In this document: positions 1-11,950 of the stretch, piece by piece
How positions within the stretch are numbered: the first letter of the stretch is position 1
How the letters are laid out: each line of letters begins with the position of its first letter
NCBI RefSeq assembly: GCF_009914755.1
Contig: NC_060928.1
Direction: 5' to 3' (one strand)
DNA length: 64,000 nt
Source of the DNA: the human T2T-CHM13v2.0 reference genome, Homo sapiens
Notes under the pieces: model-generated
What the model was told of the DNA's origin: nothing
The model's database searches: none
Seen by the model: only the letters and a program-made list of their open reading frames with translations
Program-made: the position numbers and the translations under genes

Positions 1-271
1 TCTTAGTCTCCCCAGGGGTCATGGCTTTGAAAAGGAGAGTGTGACACGGAAGAGGAATCTTGTTTTTATAATTTTCTGTCTCAAGTTTCTTCAGGGTCCC
101 TCTACAATAAAGGTACAGAAGATTATTCTCTATATACCCCAACCTCTTTGTCCTTCTCCAGCCTCACCCCAAAAGTGTTTTTGTTTGTTGTTTTTGTATA
201 ATTGTGCTTCAGAGTTATGTTTAGAAAGTTCTTCAATGGAAACAAAAAAACAAAAAAGATTTGTTGATGTT

Positions 272-1478
272 TGTATCATTGAGTTTCAGTGAAAGAAGCG
301 GAAGCACTAAGAGATATATACATACATAATAATTTTTAACAGATAGTTGACTTCTCAGAATTGTGAGGCGGGCTTAGTAGTGTCTGTAAACGGTCGCCTT
401 TATGTCTTGTCAGAGATGTTGGAACCAGAGCAATTCCATCTTGAATAGATGCTAGGTAAAATAAGGCTGAGACCTACTGTGCTGCGTTCCCAGGAGGTTA
501 GGTATTCTTAGTTACAGGATGAGATAGGAGGTTGGCACAAGATACAGGTCATAAAGACCTTGCTGATGAAACAGTTTGTAGTAAAGAAGCTGGCCGAAAC
601 CCACCAAAACCAAGATGGTGATGAAAGTGACCTCTGGTCGTCCTCACTGCTCATTATACTCTAATTATAATTCATTTGCTTACCAAAAGGCACTCCCACC
701 AGTGCCATGACAGTTTACAAATGCCATGGCAATATCAGGAAGTTATCCTATATAGTCTAAAAACTGGAGAGACCCTCAATTCCGGGGTAAAAGGGTAAAG
801 ATTTTACCCCTTTCCTGGGAAAGCTCATCAATAATTCATCCCTCGTCTAGCATATAATCAATAAATAACTACAATTATACCAATCCAGCAGCCCATACCA
901 CTGCTCTGACTATGGAGTAGCCATTCTTTTATGCCTTTACTTTCTTAATAAACTTGCTTTCACTTTGCACTGTGAAATCGCCCTGAGTTCTTTCTTGCAC
1001 GAGATCCGAGAACCTTCTCTGGGGGTCTGGATCAGGACCCCTTTCCTGTAAGAGTCTGATGCTGGAGCTCAAATTCTATAGGTCAGACAATCAGGATGGG
1101 AAAGTGGATGTGAAGTAAGACACAGAAAGAAAACACTGGAATCCACAAATACAAGCCTTTGAACCTGGTAGAATGGGTGTCTAAAAAAAGCTGGGACATT
1201 TATTCAACACACACACCTGCCTGGAAGTCAGAAAAACTAAATGCTTTCAAAGAAATGTGGAACAGTTGCAGGCCTGGCTGCTGCCTCACAACAATAAAGT
1301 GAACCAGCAAATAAGCAACAGTGTGTGAGAGTGAAAACGGCTGTTGCTGTACTTCTGCCCTCCAAATAATCCCAGAAGAATCTCTCATGTGGCCATCCTA
1401 ACCAGAAACATACCAGAATGAGAATTCTGGGAAATGTAGTTCAGTCGAGCCAAAGTGACACAAGGCAAAGTGACCACA
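272..1478 (-). mobile_element. MLT2-type (MLT2E/F-like) ERV-L LTR, 3' LTR of the provirus, interrupted by MER41
   Basis: Right end reads TGTGGTCACTTTGCCTTGTGTCACTTTGGCTCGACTGAACTACATTTCCCAGAATTC on the minus strand, like the MLT2F start. It is homologous to the LTR at 7422-8016 and has the typical TA-rich tract at about 312-330. Confidence 0.75.
408..1053 (+). mobile_element. MER41B-like solo LTR (ERV1)
   Basis: Starts TGTCAGAGATGTTGGAACCAGAGCAATTCCATCTTGAATAG and ends GGACCCCTTTCCTGTAAGA. AATAAA lies at about 946. A 4-bp TSD GTCT flanks it (404-407, 1054-1057). Confidence 0.93.
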
Positions 1479-1589
1479 ATCAGCCTCTTTTCGATTTGGC
1501 ATACATCCACATTTCATTAAACCATACTTAACCTCCAAATAAAGGTAATAACAAAGTCAGGCCTCTGCCTACCAAACATACAATATCTT

Positions 1590-2830
1590 GAGGACAATCA
1601 AAAGGCAAGCTAACCTGGAAATACATGTCCAGAAAGGCAGTGTGAGGAGGTTTGTGGATCAGCTTCCCAGTCAAACAGCCATATTTGGTAAAAATTACTT
1701 TTTAAAAAATTAAGTCTTGAGACATTGTCCAAAGTACATACATTAAACATGAAGAAACATTTATTCAAGAAAATCTATTAAACTGTGGCAAGAACAGCAA
1801 TAGTCTCTGGCATTTGAGCCATGACCTGCCCATTCCTGTCCTCTCCATACTGGAGGTGATAAGAGAGCCACTTCAGGTGAGTGTGGCCAAAAACACAGAG
1901 ATCCCCCACACCTCAGCTCAAGGGTTGTGCTATCTCTCCCCAGGACGAAAAGCCAGCAGCATTTATCATCTCCCATAGCTCTGCATTGGCCAAGGTAAAT
2001 TCCAGATGAGTGAAAACAAAGGGTCAAGGATCTCTAAGCAGCTCCCACTCTCAGAACATAGGCTCTAGCCCAGGAACAGCAAGCTGAGAATACCGAGGTT
2101 ACAATCATCTTCACCCCAGCTCACTTATTGGATGGAGGCTGCAGACCAGGAGAGGCAAGCCAAAAAGACCAGGAATGACCAACCCTAACTGGCACACTGC
2201 TCAAAATATAAGGCAGGGGTTCCCAGGGACTGGCACCAGTCTATGGTCTTTTAGGAACCGGGCTGCACAGCAGGAAGTGAGCAGTGGGTGAGGGAGCATT
2301 ACTGTCTGAGCCCCGCCTCCTGTCACATCCATAGTAGCATTAGATTCTCATAGGAGCTCGAACCCTATTGTAAACTGCACATGAGAGGGATCTAGGTTGC
2401 ACACTCCTTACGAGAATCTAACTAATGCAGTATTCTGTGAGGATAAACAGTTTCATCCCCAAACCTCCCCATGCCATCAGTGGCAAAATTGTTTTCCACA
2501 AAACGGATCCCTAGTGCCAAAAAGGTTGGGGACTGCTGATGTAAGGGATTCCTCCAGAAAAAATGACCCACTGCCCCAGCTCCATACTCTGGAGCAGTGG
2601 CTCAGAGTTTTGTACAGAGAAGAGGTGAGGCATAAGAACAGAATGCTCTGAAGGTCACTCCAAAGGAACTGACTTTATATACAACAGAATATGGGAAGGT
2701 TCATGACTAAGGAAGCTCTCATAAACAAAGAAGATTTTGATTGGAAGCTATTATTAGGAGGCTGATTGCTCCATCAGAGCCAGAAGCTATAGGAAACCTA
2801 TAAGAAACGAAAAGGAAAATAGTAACAAGG
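1590..2830 (+). mobile_element. Old L1 (L1MD/L1MC-type) 5'-end fragment
   Basis: Motifs GGCAGTGTGAGGAGGTTTGTGGATCAGCTTCCCAG and AACTGACTTTATATACAACAGAATATGGGAAG also occur, reverse-complemented, in the fragment at 25290-26390. Boundaries approximate. Confidence 0.6.
2214..2538 (+). mobile_element. MER1B-like hAT-Charlie non-autonomous DNA transposon
   Basis: Termini CAGGGGTTCCC...GGTTGGGGACTGCTG. 8-bp TSD ATATAAGG / ATGTAAGG. Confidence 0.9.
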
Positions 2831-5281
2831 TAGTCTATAAATTCATAGATGGTAGTTTTGACAGAGACACTAAGGAAATCTAAGGCAAATTCATATCCAG
2901 TGTGTCTATTCTGGTAAAATGAATGCCTTCCTTAATCAAAGCAGCCCATTGCCATCAACCTGCCCCCATGTAGCTTGCGGATACCCTTGGGGAATAGTGA
3001 CATATCACTGTGATCACATTGGATGACTGATGGGGCACTAATTAGTGGCTATGGTCATATTGGCCTCAGTAAGTGGAAATACATGTATATAACCTCCATC
3101 GTACCACCATGACTACTTTATTCATCAACTGATTACATGAGACCTGAGGCTGACTGGCATTCACCAAAGGAATCATTTTCTTTCTTGATTGTTATAATCC
3201 TTCTATAGTGAAGTCACTCTGGTGAGCATCCACACACAAATATCTCCAAAGATTTTGCCCATTTGACCATCCAGCAAATGCACCCATCAGACTGCATTAG
3301 CTGCAGTCTGAGTTGCTATACACCCATCCTTTTGGTCATTTCTCCTTTCAAACTAAATGGACAGCCAGGTATGAACCCTGAATTTGTGTCCACTGGAAGA
3401 ATTTTCTTTCCTTGCTCCCCTTCAGGGCCTTCTCAGAGGAGGGCTGTAGTGCAGCAGTCATACCTCTTGGACCAGTTCCTGAATTTTCCTTCCTCAGGAA
3501 ACTGAGCATAGGGATCTCCCCATGAATCCTCAAAAACAGGTTGAGAAAGAAAAGACACTGTTTCTGAAGTAGGAGCCATGGACGTCCTGGCAACTTTTTC
3601 ACGCAACTTACTTGTGCCCTCAGGGCCCAGTTCCATCTGATGATGGAGTGCTGGTGTGCATGCCTGACTTTATGGTATGATGTATAGGATTTTGCCCAGA
3701 TCACGAAGGGCAGTTCAGGTCACATGGTAACTAGGCAGGTCATGGTCAGATGTTCAGTTTCTACTGAGATTCAGTAGCAAACCAAAAGCTGTTCTCAGAA
3801 GGAGACTACAGTTTTTCTGCAGAGAATAGCCTGCCTTTGCTCCAAGATCCTAAGTGCTTTGTTGTGTGTCACCTTTAGGGGCCTGATGTAAGCTCCAAAT
3901 AGAGAAGTTCTCTATCTGTCATTGACACTTTGAGCATCAATGGATTTGCTATGTCATATGGTCCAAGTGGCAGAGCAGCTTGCACAGCAGTTGGACCTGT
4001 TGCAAAGCATTCCTTTGTTCTGAGCTTCACTCAAAGTTATTGACCATCAATAAATGTGTCAGTGTACCACACACAAATTCCGAAGATACCTATCAGGGTA
4101 TTGTTCATTTTTCTTACTGATTGGATGGGCCATATACAGTAACTGGTCCTTCACATTGAAAAGGATATATCAGCATGGCCCATACCACTGAATAACTGGA
4201 AATTTTGGCAAGCTAGCATACTAATTTTTTGTGAGATTTATTTCTCATCATCTGGCATGTAAGTGTCCTACCAATGTGCTCCTTCATACCTGACCCAATC
4301 AGAATTACATAATCAATATAATGGATGAGTATGTTCTCTTGTGGAAGGCAACTGTGATCAGGATTCCTGGGCTAGAGATTATAACTTTTTGCTGGGGAGC
4401 TGCTATATCCCTAAAGTAGGACGAAGTGTACTATTGGCCTTGCCAGATGAAAATATACTGTTTTTTATAGTCTTTATGCAGGTCAGTAGGTATATACCAG
4501 AGAGCAGGGGATGTGTTGCTTTGCTCCAGAAATGAAACAGCAGCTGCAATTTGAGTTTCCATTCAATTAAGTTTACCTAATTCACTGTCATTCTCTGAGA
4601 TCCATCTGTCTTCTGCATAGGCCAAATAAGCCAGTCAACTGGTGATGTGGTGGGAATCATAACTGCTACATCTTTCAAGTCCTTGTTCATGCCACTAATG
4701 TTTGTAGTGCTTCCAGGAATGTAGTATTTCACTTAGTTTATACCCAATTCATGAAGAGGTAGTTCTAGTGACTTACCTCACTTCACAGGTCAGGAAAGAA
4801 ACAAGTTCTTGGGTATGTCTCTTCCAATTATGCATTTCAGAAGTGGGTAAGTGATGACAGAGGATGTTTGGGGACCAACTGGGTCCACTGTGTGAGAACC
4901 TAAGCCAAAATCCATTGATCACCTGACCTCCAAAAGCCCCTTATTTGACTGGTAGACCACAGTGACATCTTGGATTTCCAGGATTTAATGTGATTTGAGA
5001 GCCAGTGTCCACTAATTCCCTTAAAATATGCAAAAACCCTGGTCAATGCATGCAAGTCCCATGGAGCAATGCTGGGCAGTGATTAGCATGATATATTTGT
5101 GGCAGTGTGGCAAGATCCTTCCTCAAGAGGACCCAGCTTTCCTTCCATTCAAGGGGATCTGAGTATGTAAGGTGGCTCAAGTTTGGGAAATGATTAAGAG
5201 GCTGTGGCTCTGTTTTCATAAATCAATTTCACTGGACTTAGAGCTTTTCTGCTTACAAAATGAAGACTTCAGTACCACCTA

Positions 5282-5909
5282 CAGTTGATTCTTGTTATTC
5301 ACAGTAGTTATGTTCTATAAAGTCATCATGAATATTGAATTAGCAAATACTGGCCCATTGCTCTTAGGAGAAATATAGCATTAGGTTCCTGCAAACCTCT
5401 GGTCACAACTTTTTATCAATTGATCAATACATAACCTTATTTTATGTGCGTTTCTGTTTAAAGATACTTGGCCTATTGGCCAAGAGCATTACAACTCATT
5501 CCTGAGCAGAGCTGATCTAATATATGTATTTTTTCTGTAAGGCACAGCACAGCCTTCGTGCACTAAAGAACACTACACAGCACTTTAGTACTATGATGGG
5601 GGCCATTTAAACAGCAAAAGCAATCATTAACAAAAAGCACAAAAATGCAGAAAATGTGCCGCCACATAGACCATGAAAAGATCACTTGTTTACAGTATGA
5701 GAGCCGAAACAAGAAGGCATAGCTAGGCCTTCTTTGACCTCAACTGGGAATACATGTGTCTGTGAATCAATTTTTTTTTGCCACTCTGCACACATTTATG
5801 TCCACGAATGACCTCAAAAGCAGTGCTAGTGTTAATTTTGTTGTTACATAAACTTTAGCAAGTAGGTGAATTTGCAAATACAGAATTAATGAATAATGAG
5901 AATTTACTC
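5282..5909 (+). mobile_element. MER82-like TcMar-Tigger DNA transposon
   Basis: Terminal inverted repeats CAGTTGATTCTTGTTATTC...GAATAATGAGAATTTACTC, with TA on both sides. Confidence 0.85.
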
Positions 5910-7421
5910 TATTTTAGTTTATGGAACACCAAAGTTAGTTAGTCAATGCCAAAGAGCTTTGAGCTATACTCTTCTGATTATGACTTTGGCTCTGCTGTCT
6001 ATTATGATAAGCATGCCCACTTTGTCTTTGTCAATTAAGTGCTTCCATTTGTCCCCTGCCACCATGAAACCTCATCATTCTCATTACTTCTAGGAATCCC
6101 AGTCTGATGGCAGCAGTCCCATGGTAAGATCTGGTCTGCAGAGAAGAACCATCACAGAACTCTCCAAGAATATATTTATCAAAGCCATGTGGAAGAGAGT
6201 ATCCTCTGGACCATCCCAGGATGGTAAGCAGATCTTACATGATAAATCCATTCTAGCATTTCAATTTTCATAAGGCTTTGAATTCCTTGTTCTTCTACGT
6301 ATGAAGGAGATTCGGGTATTTTAATGTTACTTAGTGTAGGCTGCATTTAGATCTACGTATCAGTCAAGCAGCCAACCAAGGGGTTAGAACAACTTCTAGC
6401 TGCTCTCAAGCTAAGACATTAAATTTGGAATTTTTGCTAAGTGGGTTCCTATCATTAAGTTCCCTGACCCAATTTAATATTTCTTCCTTAAAGTTCCTTT
6501 CCCACAGATATTCTCCGGATTTTTGTCACTATAAATTGGAAAAAATGTGCAATTCTTTCTGTGTGTATTATACCTCTTCAAAGGTTATGCTTTTACCATA
6601 TCCACTGGTGTCTACTGGGACTTGAGTTTGATTCTAGGTCTAGAAGCAAGGAGAGGATGTGGAGGTATATCCTGAGAAGGATCAGCAGTGCCTTGCAAGT
6701 CAGCCTACCCAGGGGAAGCCCTTACAGGTTCTTCAGACAAGGAGAGGCTAACCACCTCAAGCAAGAATAGAAGGGCTGCTTCAACTGACAAACAAGGCTT
6801 GGGGAAATATAGGGGATCAAGCACTCCAGTATCCTCAAATCTGCTCATATGTCCCTACCCCTATTTTCACAAACCTACTCCTTCCCTAATCAATGCCTTA
6901 ACTTTAACAGGAGACCTTATGTGGTTGGGGAATCATTTGCATTGCAATTCAGTTACGCTCAAGATTAAAATTTGATTTTGATTTTCACAAATCTCAGCTC
7001 TATAACTACAAAACATAGAGGAATCATAGAAGCTTTCCAGTCCCTTGTGCAGACTTTGAGCTGGAAATGTAAAGTTCTGCACCTGTCATGTATTTTCCCC
7101 CCAAGGTCTCCAGCATAGTTATAAGCAACCAACCAACCAACGCCATTATACTCAGTTTTTTAGTAAAAGCTTTTATGACAGCAAATACATGGTCACCAGA
7201 GCCTGGCCATCTGTAAGTACTTGATTACAAGTATCTAAAAGTGATAATTTATGTAACTGCTTTTCCACTGCATGACATAGTCTAGCCCTCTATACCATTG
7301 GAAACATATAATGACCTTCATATGTAATAAGATCAAAGAACTAATTTCAGAAAACCCAGAACAAATTCAGATTAATCACTCTTAAGATTCTGTTCTTCTA
7401 GAACTATTTCTGCCACCAAAC

Positions 7422-8016
7422 TAGTATCAGACTTTCATTAGAGAAGCAGTATAGATATGGATATAGACACAGATAGATACTAAGCAATTTAATATGGAGA
7501 TTTGACCTTATGAAATCTGGGGAGCTGATTAAGCAATTGTCTTTGCATTTAATTCTAAACCTTGAAGTCCACTACGCAAGCAATTGGGAAGGAAAGATGG
7601 ACCTAATGTGGTAGAGAGAAGGAACCACCTAGAACTCACAAGCATGAGCTGGAGCCTACAAGGACAAACTGAGACCTGTCAGTCCTTTTTGTGTGTATGA
7701 CCTTGGTGAAAAAGGTGTCCTGCAGAGGCAAGGGCCCACCTTCATGGAGCTAAGCACATACACCCAGGAGTCAGAGAAACTAAAGAAGAATCTGGCAGAA
7801 GACAGAGCAATTGCCAGGCTCACTAATGGCTCACACCAATATATGAGACATGTCAGTAACATATATGAGCTGCAGAGTGGTTAGTGCTTCATCCCCAGTC
7901 TCTAAATCTCTCACAAGAATATATCTTGATCTTATCATAACTAGAAGCATGCAAGAAAGGAAATTTTAGAAAATTAGTTCACTCTTACAAAGTTGACACA
8001 TTACAAAGCCACCACA
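7422..8016 (-). mobile_element. MLT2-type ERV-L LTR, 5' LTR of the provirus
   Basis: Minus strand begins TGTGGTGGCTTTGTAATGTGTCAACTTTG. It abuts the ERV-L internal start and aligns by eye with 272-1478. Confidence 0.8.
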
Positions 8017-8404
8017 GTGTCATTAAAACGCCACTCTGAAGAATATAACATTCAGAGCCAAGTGAGATTGCTGATGCCCATTCCTGGGAAGACAACAACA
8101 CCAAAAAAATGAGACAAGCTGGTTTAATTACAAAGGGAATGGGCAGGATGAAACAGGCCCCTCAGGAAGGGAGACATAAAAAAGGAATAAAGAAGGAGTC
8201 AAAAAAGATACTTCTAGCACTACTTCAAAGTAGTCTCTACACTGACTAAATGTGATCTGAAAGGAAGAGTCAAGAAATGTTTACACTCTGGACTCCAAAT
8301 ATATTTCTAGGCAGTTTGAGTATGCCTGGATTCTTTCAAGTGAAGAGCTGAAACTATATGCCTTTTCCAGTCTTGGTAAATTCTAATAGCAAATTTATAA
8401 TTCA

Positions 8405-8829
8405 TGATGCAGGATTTTTCTCTCCTTAGTTCAGCTAAAATCCAGGTTCTTTTCTCACAACCAGAAAGAATTAGGCACACGGACACATTGAAAGGTGAGG
8501 GGGATGCAATTTATTAAGTGAAAAGGAAAACTCTCAACAAAAAGAGGAGTCCTGCACGCAGGTTTTCCACCTCACAAGACTTGAATACCAGGCCACCACA
8601 CAGGAGCTGAAGAGGCCCAGCTCCTGCCCTGCATAAAGTGTGAATTCCTGGTGGCTCCACCCCATTCTCCCAGTGCACATGTGTGCCCTTAGTCTGGGCC
8701 ACTCTACAATGATTTATTTCCCTTACTGAGAATGTGTTAAGGGACAGAATTTTTCACCACGGGCATGTTTAGGCAAGCTGCCTGTGCACAATGACTTGGG
8801 CAACATTTGGCTGTCTCCTGCCTCTATCA
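8405..8829 (-). mobile_element. ERV1 solo LTR, LTR15-like
   Basis: Minus strand TGATAGAGGCAGGAGACAGCCAAATG...AAAAATCCTGCATCA, with TG..CA termini. TSD not clean. Confidence 0.75.
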
Positions 8830-10533
8830 TTAGGACATAAAATATGCTCTTCTCTCATATAAAATGCTTCCACTCGCATGCCTTCAGAAACTTTTTTTAG
8901 CCAGAGCACTAGCTTTGTGCAAAACCTTCAACACTATCCAGGCAATCTTAGACCCATACTAGTAATTTTACCAGGACGAAGATCCCTGCTGTAGTGAGGA
9001 AACCAAGTTAAAGCAATTGATCCATAGAGTCATTAGCACTCAGCTAAAATTGCCCAGATCATTATAGGACTCAGATTACAAAGGGAGTGGCCAGTGGGTG
9101 AAGAGGTGTGGAGTTCCCAAAATGGCAATTATCAGCATAGTGCTCTGACCCATTTTCAATATCTCATTACCAACTTGATAGCAAGAGAGCCTGTGTGATC
9201 AGCATGGAATGTGAAGACATTAAGAAGCAAATGTTATTATCTACAAAGTTATAGAAGCAGAAGTAATTTAGGCACACTACTTAGAAAATGTAAAGTCCAT
9301 AGGTCCAAAAATTTTAAAACATAAGTCTGGTTCAAAGACTGCAAATATTGACATTCTAAAAAATAAATAAAATAAATTTGATATTCAAAATAAAACAAAC
9401 AAGTAAGAAACTATATAGTATTGTTTGTCAGATCATTTCAATTAACTAACACTTGATCATGGGAATAACATTTTTAGTTACGTATTGTTATGTAGCCTCA
9501 TGTGTAGATGTAGAGAAAACAACAGTTTGGTCGGATACTTTTAAGACCAATTAAGGAATGAGTTATAAGTCTCATTACTTTCATTCTGAATTTAACATGC
9601 AAATAAAAAAGTAGGCACTACCAAACTTACAGCCAACCATTTCAACTATTCAGCCACATGACTTTGATCAATACCTATAGAATAGACTTTATACTCCTCA
9701 AAGTGATTTGCAAAGCAAAGACACTTTTTCGGAGAGGAGGAGTCAATATCCTTGAAACTCATAAAAGTGATTTAAAGGAGTGTTTCAAGTCCAAGTTGTC
9801 TTTCCCTTTCATCACACTGGAGCACCTTGTTAAACAGTAAGTAATGGTAAAAGAGCATTTAACAATCTGCTTCACGTGCACCTCTTTTCCAGCCAAATTG
9901 CACCTACAAAGCTAAAACAGAACCTCTCTGGATTCTCAACAAACATGAACGGAATATTTTATGGTTTGTGCAGTAGTTACAGTGTGTTGCCGTTTCTTAA
10001 TTAGCAGGTATATGGATGCCTGTCTTTCATCTCACGTTATTATTGTTGCAGTAATTCAATAAAAGTATCCTAAGCATTTACATTGTGGAGCATTTTTATG
10101 ATTTATACCAACAGAATGGCATACACAGTGTTGTACATCTCCTTTAAAAGTCATCACTTTATTTCATATTCTCATATTCCTTTTAAGAACAAGAAATATT
10201 GTAGTTTTCAGGACATGCTTTTACTTTTTATCATTTCTGTCTATCTGTGAATTTCATTCTTTCACATATTCCTTAACAATCCTCAAATCGATTCTGCTGA
10301 ATGGTGGCAATGTTTTTCTGAAATCTCTCATGAGAGAGTAATGAATTGTCCTCTTAATCCACTCCATTAGATTTTTATTTTAAAAAATAAGCAACATTTT
10401 CCCCTGTCTGGTCACTAAGTAGATTTACACTCAGCCTCTTCAAAATGACTCATGAATAGTCAAAAACACAAGTCCTCTATAGAGAAATAAAATATATGTA
10501 TAAAGGAAAATTATTATAATATCTTTTTAGTAT

Positions 10534-10810
10534 TGATACAGGAGTGGGGCAGGGAAGTGCTGAGAAGGGAAGAATGTGGTCCCTGGCTAGGCTCCACCCC
10601 AGGCCTGTGCCCACGGACCTAGGTGAAGACAAGCACTCCTGCTTTGGCGTGGAAATGTTGCGTTTCCCAAGACCACTCTGGCCTGCCATGCCCCCACCCT
10701 GTGCCTATGAAAACCCCGAGACCCTAGCAGGCAGAGACACAAGCAGCTGGACGTTGAGAGGAATGGGTCGGCGGAAGAAGACACAAGCAGCTGGGGATCG
10801 TCCTGCTTCA
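10534..10810 (+). mobile_element. LTR9-like ERV1 solo LTR with large internal deletion
   Basis: Starts TGATACAGGAGTGGGGCAGGGAAGTGCTG and ends TCCTGCTTCA. A 4-bp TSD GTAT flanks it (10530-10533, 10811-10814). Confidence 0.8.
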
Positions 10811-11699
10811 GTATGACATTCTTCAAAACCATTTCTAACTTCAAGGGTCAAGGAAACAGGGTTCAGTTGAACAAAATCGTCACGTAAAACATGTTGTAGA
10901 CCTTCAAGTTGTTTCCCTTTACACTGTTCTACTTATTTGTAACACAATAGAGTCCTAGTGATTTGCTTTGGCTTTGAGACTTCTTCATTTGCATAGCCGT
11001 GCTATACCCACTTGTCTGCCTTTGCATTTATCCTGCAACCTCTCTACTTGGCCTCCTGTAAACATGTAATAGAAGCAGCAAGTAGCAACTTTAGAGAAAT
11101 GATAAAGAGATTTTTTTGAAGTACTATTTGGTGTCTATAGCATCAAAATTAGAAATATCAAATAAGAGATTTGGGGATGATATTCAGTTAACTTTAAGGT
11201 GTTGTTTCAGTGATCAGCAAAGACACCAGAAGTAGGAGACAGAGGCTGAGCTCTGGTCTGGGCCACTGGATGACTACTAGCAGAGTGAGAGGCATTTTAG
11301 AGTATAGCATTCTAAGCACCCACATTTATTGTTTCCCAACTAGTTCCTAGAAAAATCTCTTGTGAATACAAGAGAAAGGGAAGGACTATAAGCATTGTTT
11401 TAATATCAAGAAACGGAGAAAGCCAGACTTACCTTAAGAATGGATAGGAACATCCTTTCTTTCCCTCTACTAGAAATTTCAGAGAGGAAGAATGACAAGG
11501 ACCACACAGGGAAAGGGAGAACAATATCAGGGTTGGAACACAAGAGAACAGCAGTGTGGCTCAGGTCAGCATGACTGTCAGAGTAACACAACAGATAACC
11601 CCAGTGATCAGAGATATAAATGCAGAACATCAGTTATAGAAAAGCAAGTTTTAAAGCCTACAAAAGAAAATGGACAAAACATTCAAGATTCCATAGAAG

Positions 11700-11950
11700 G
11701 AATAATTATTATAATAATGATTGCTGATACTTCAAATTTGCCAAAAACTGTCTTAAATATTTTGCATATATTATTTCATTAATATCCAAGCCATTCCTAT
11801 GGGATAGGGACAATTATTATGCACTTTATACGGATGAGGAAATTGAAGGATAGTGAGCTTAAGTTTCTTACCTATAGGTGTAAGAAAAAAAAAAGTAATA
11901 TGCTGAACTTTGAAAGGTGGAATTTTAGATACAGTCTGTGCTCTCAATCA
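11700..11950 (-). mobile_element. MIR SINE relic
   Basis: Core-like ATTATGCACTTTATACGGATGAGGAAATTGAAGG preceded by an AAT-rich tail. Confidence 0.7.

Larger units (their letters stand above)
1479..7421 (-). mobile_element. Degenerate ERV-L internal region (gag-pol relics), interrupted and partly deleted
   Basis: Minus-strand start TTTGGTGGCAGAAATAGTTCTAGAAGAACAGAATCTTAAG resembles the HERV-L internal start. Pol relics: LIHYIDYVILIG (about 4294-4329, degenerate YIDD), VLL*GYS (about 4402-4421, degenerate LPQG), HKVRHAHQHSIIRW and GPEGTSKLREKVA..SWGDPYAQ (ORFs 3348-3704, 3433-3636). Many stops and frameshifts. Confidence 0.85.

Noticed and set aside
3263-4535. Possible domesticated ERV-L pol gene
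   Set aside because: Motifs are split across frames, YIDD is degenerate and the LPQG motif contains a stop.
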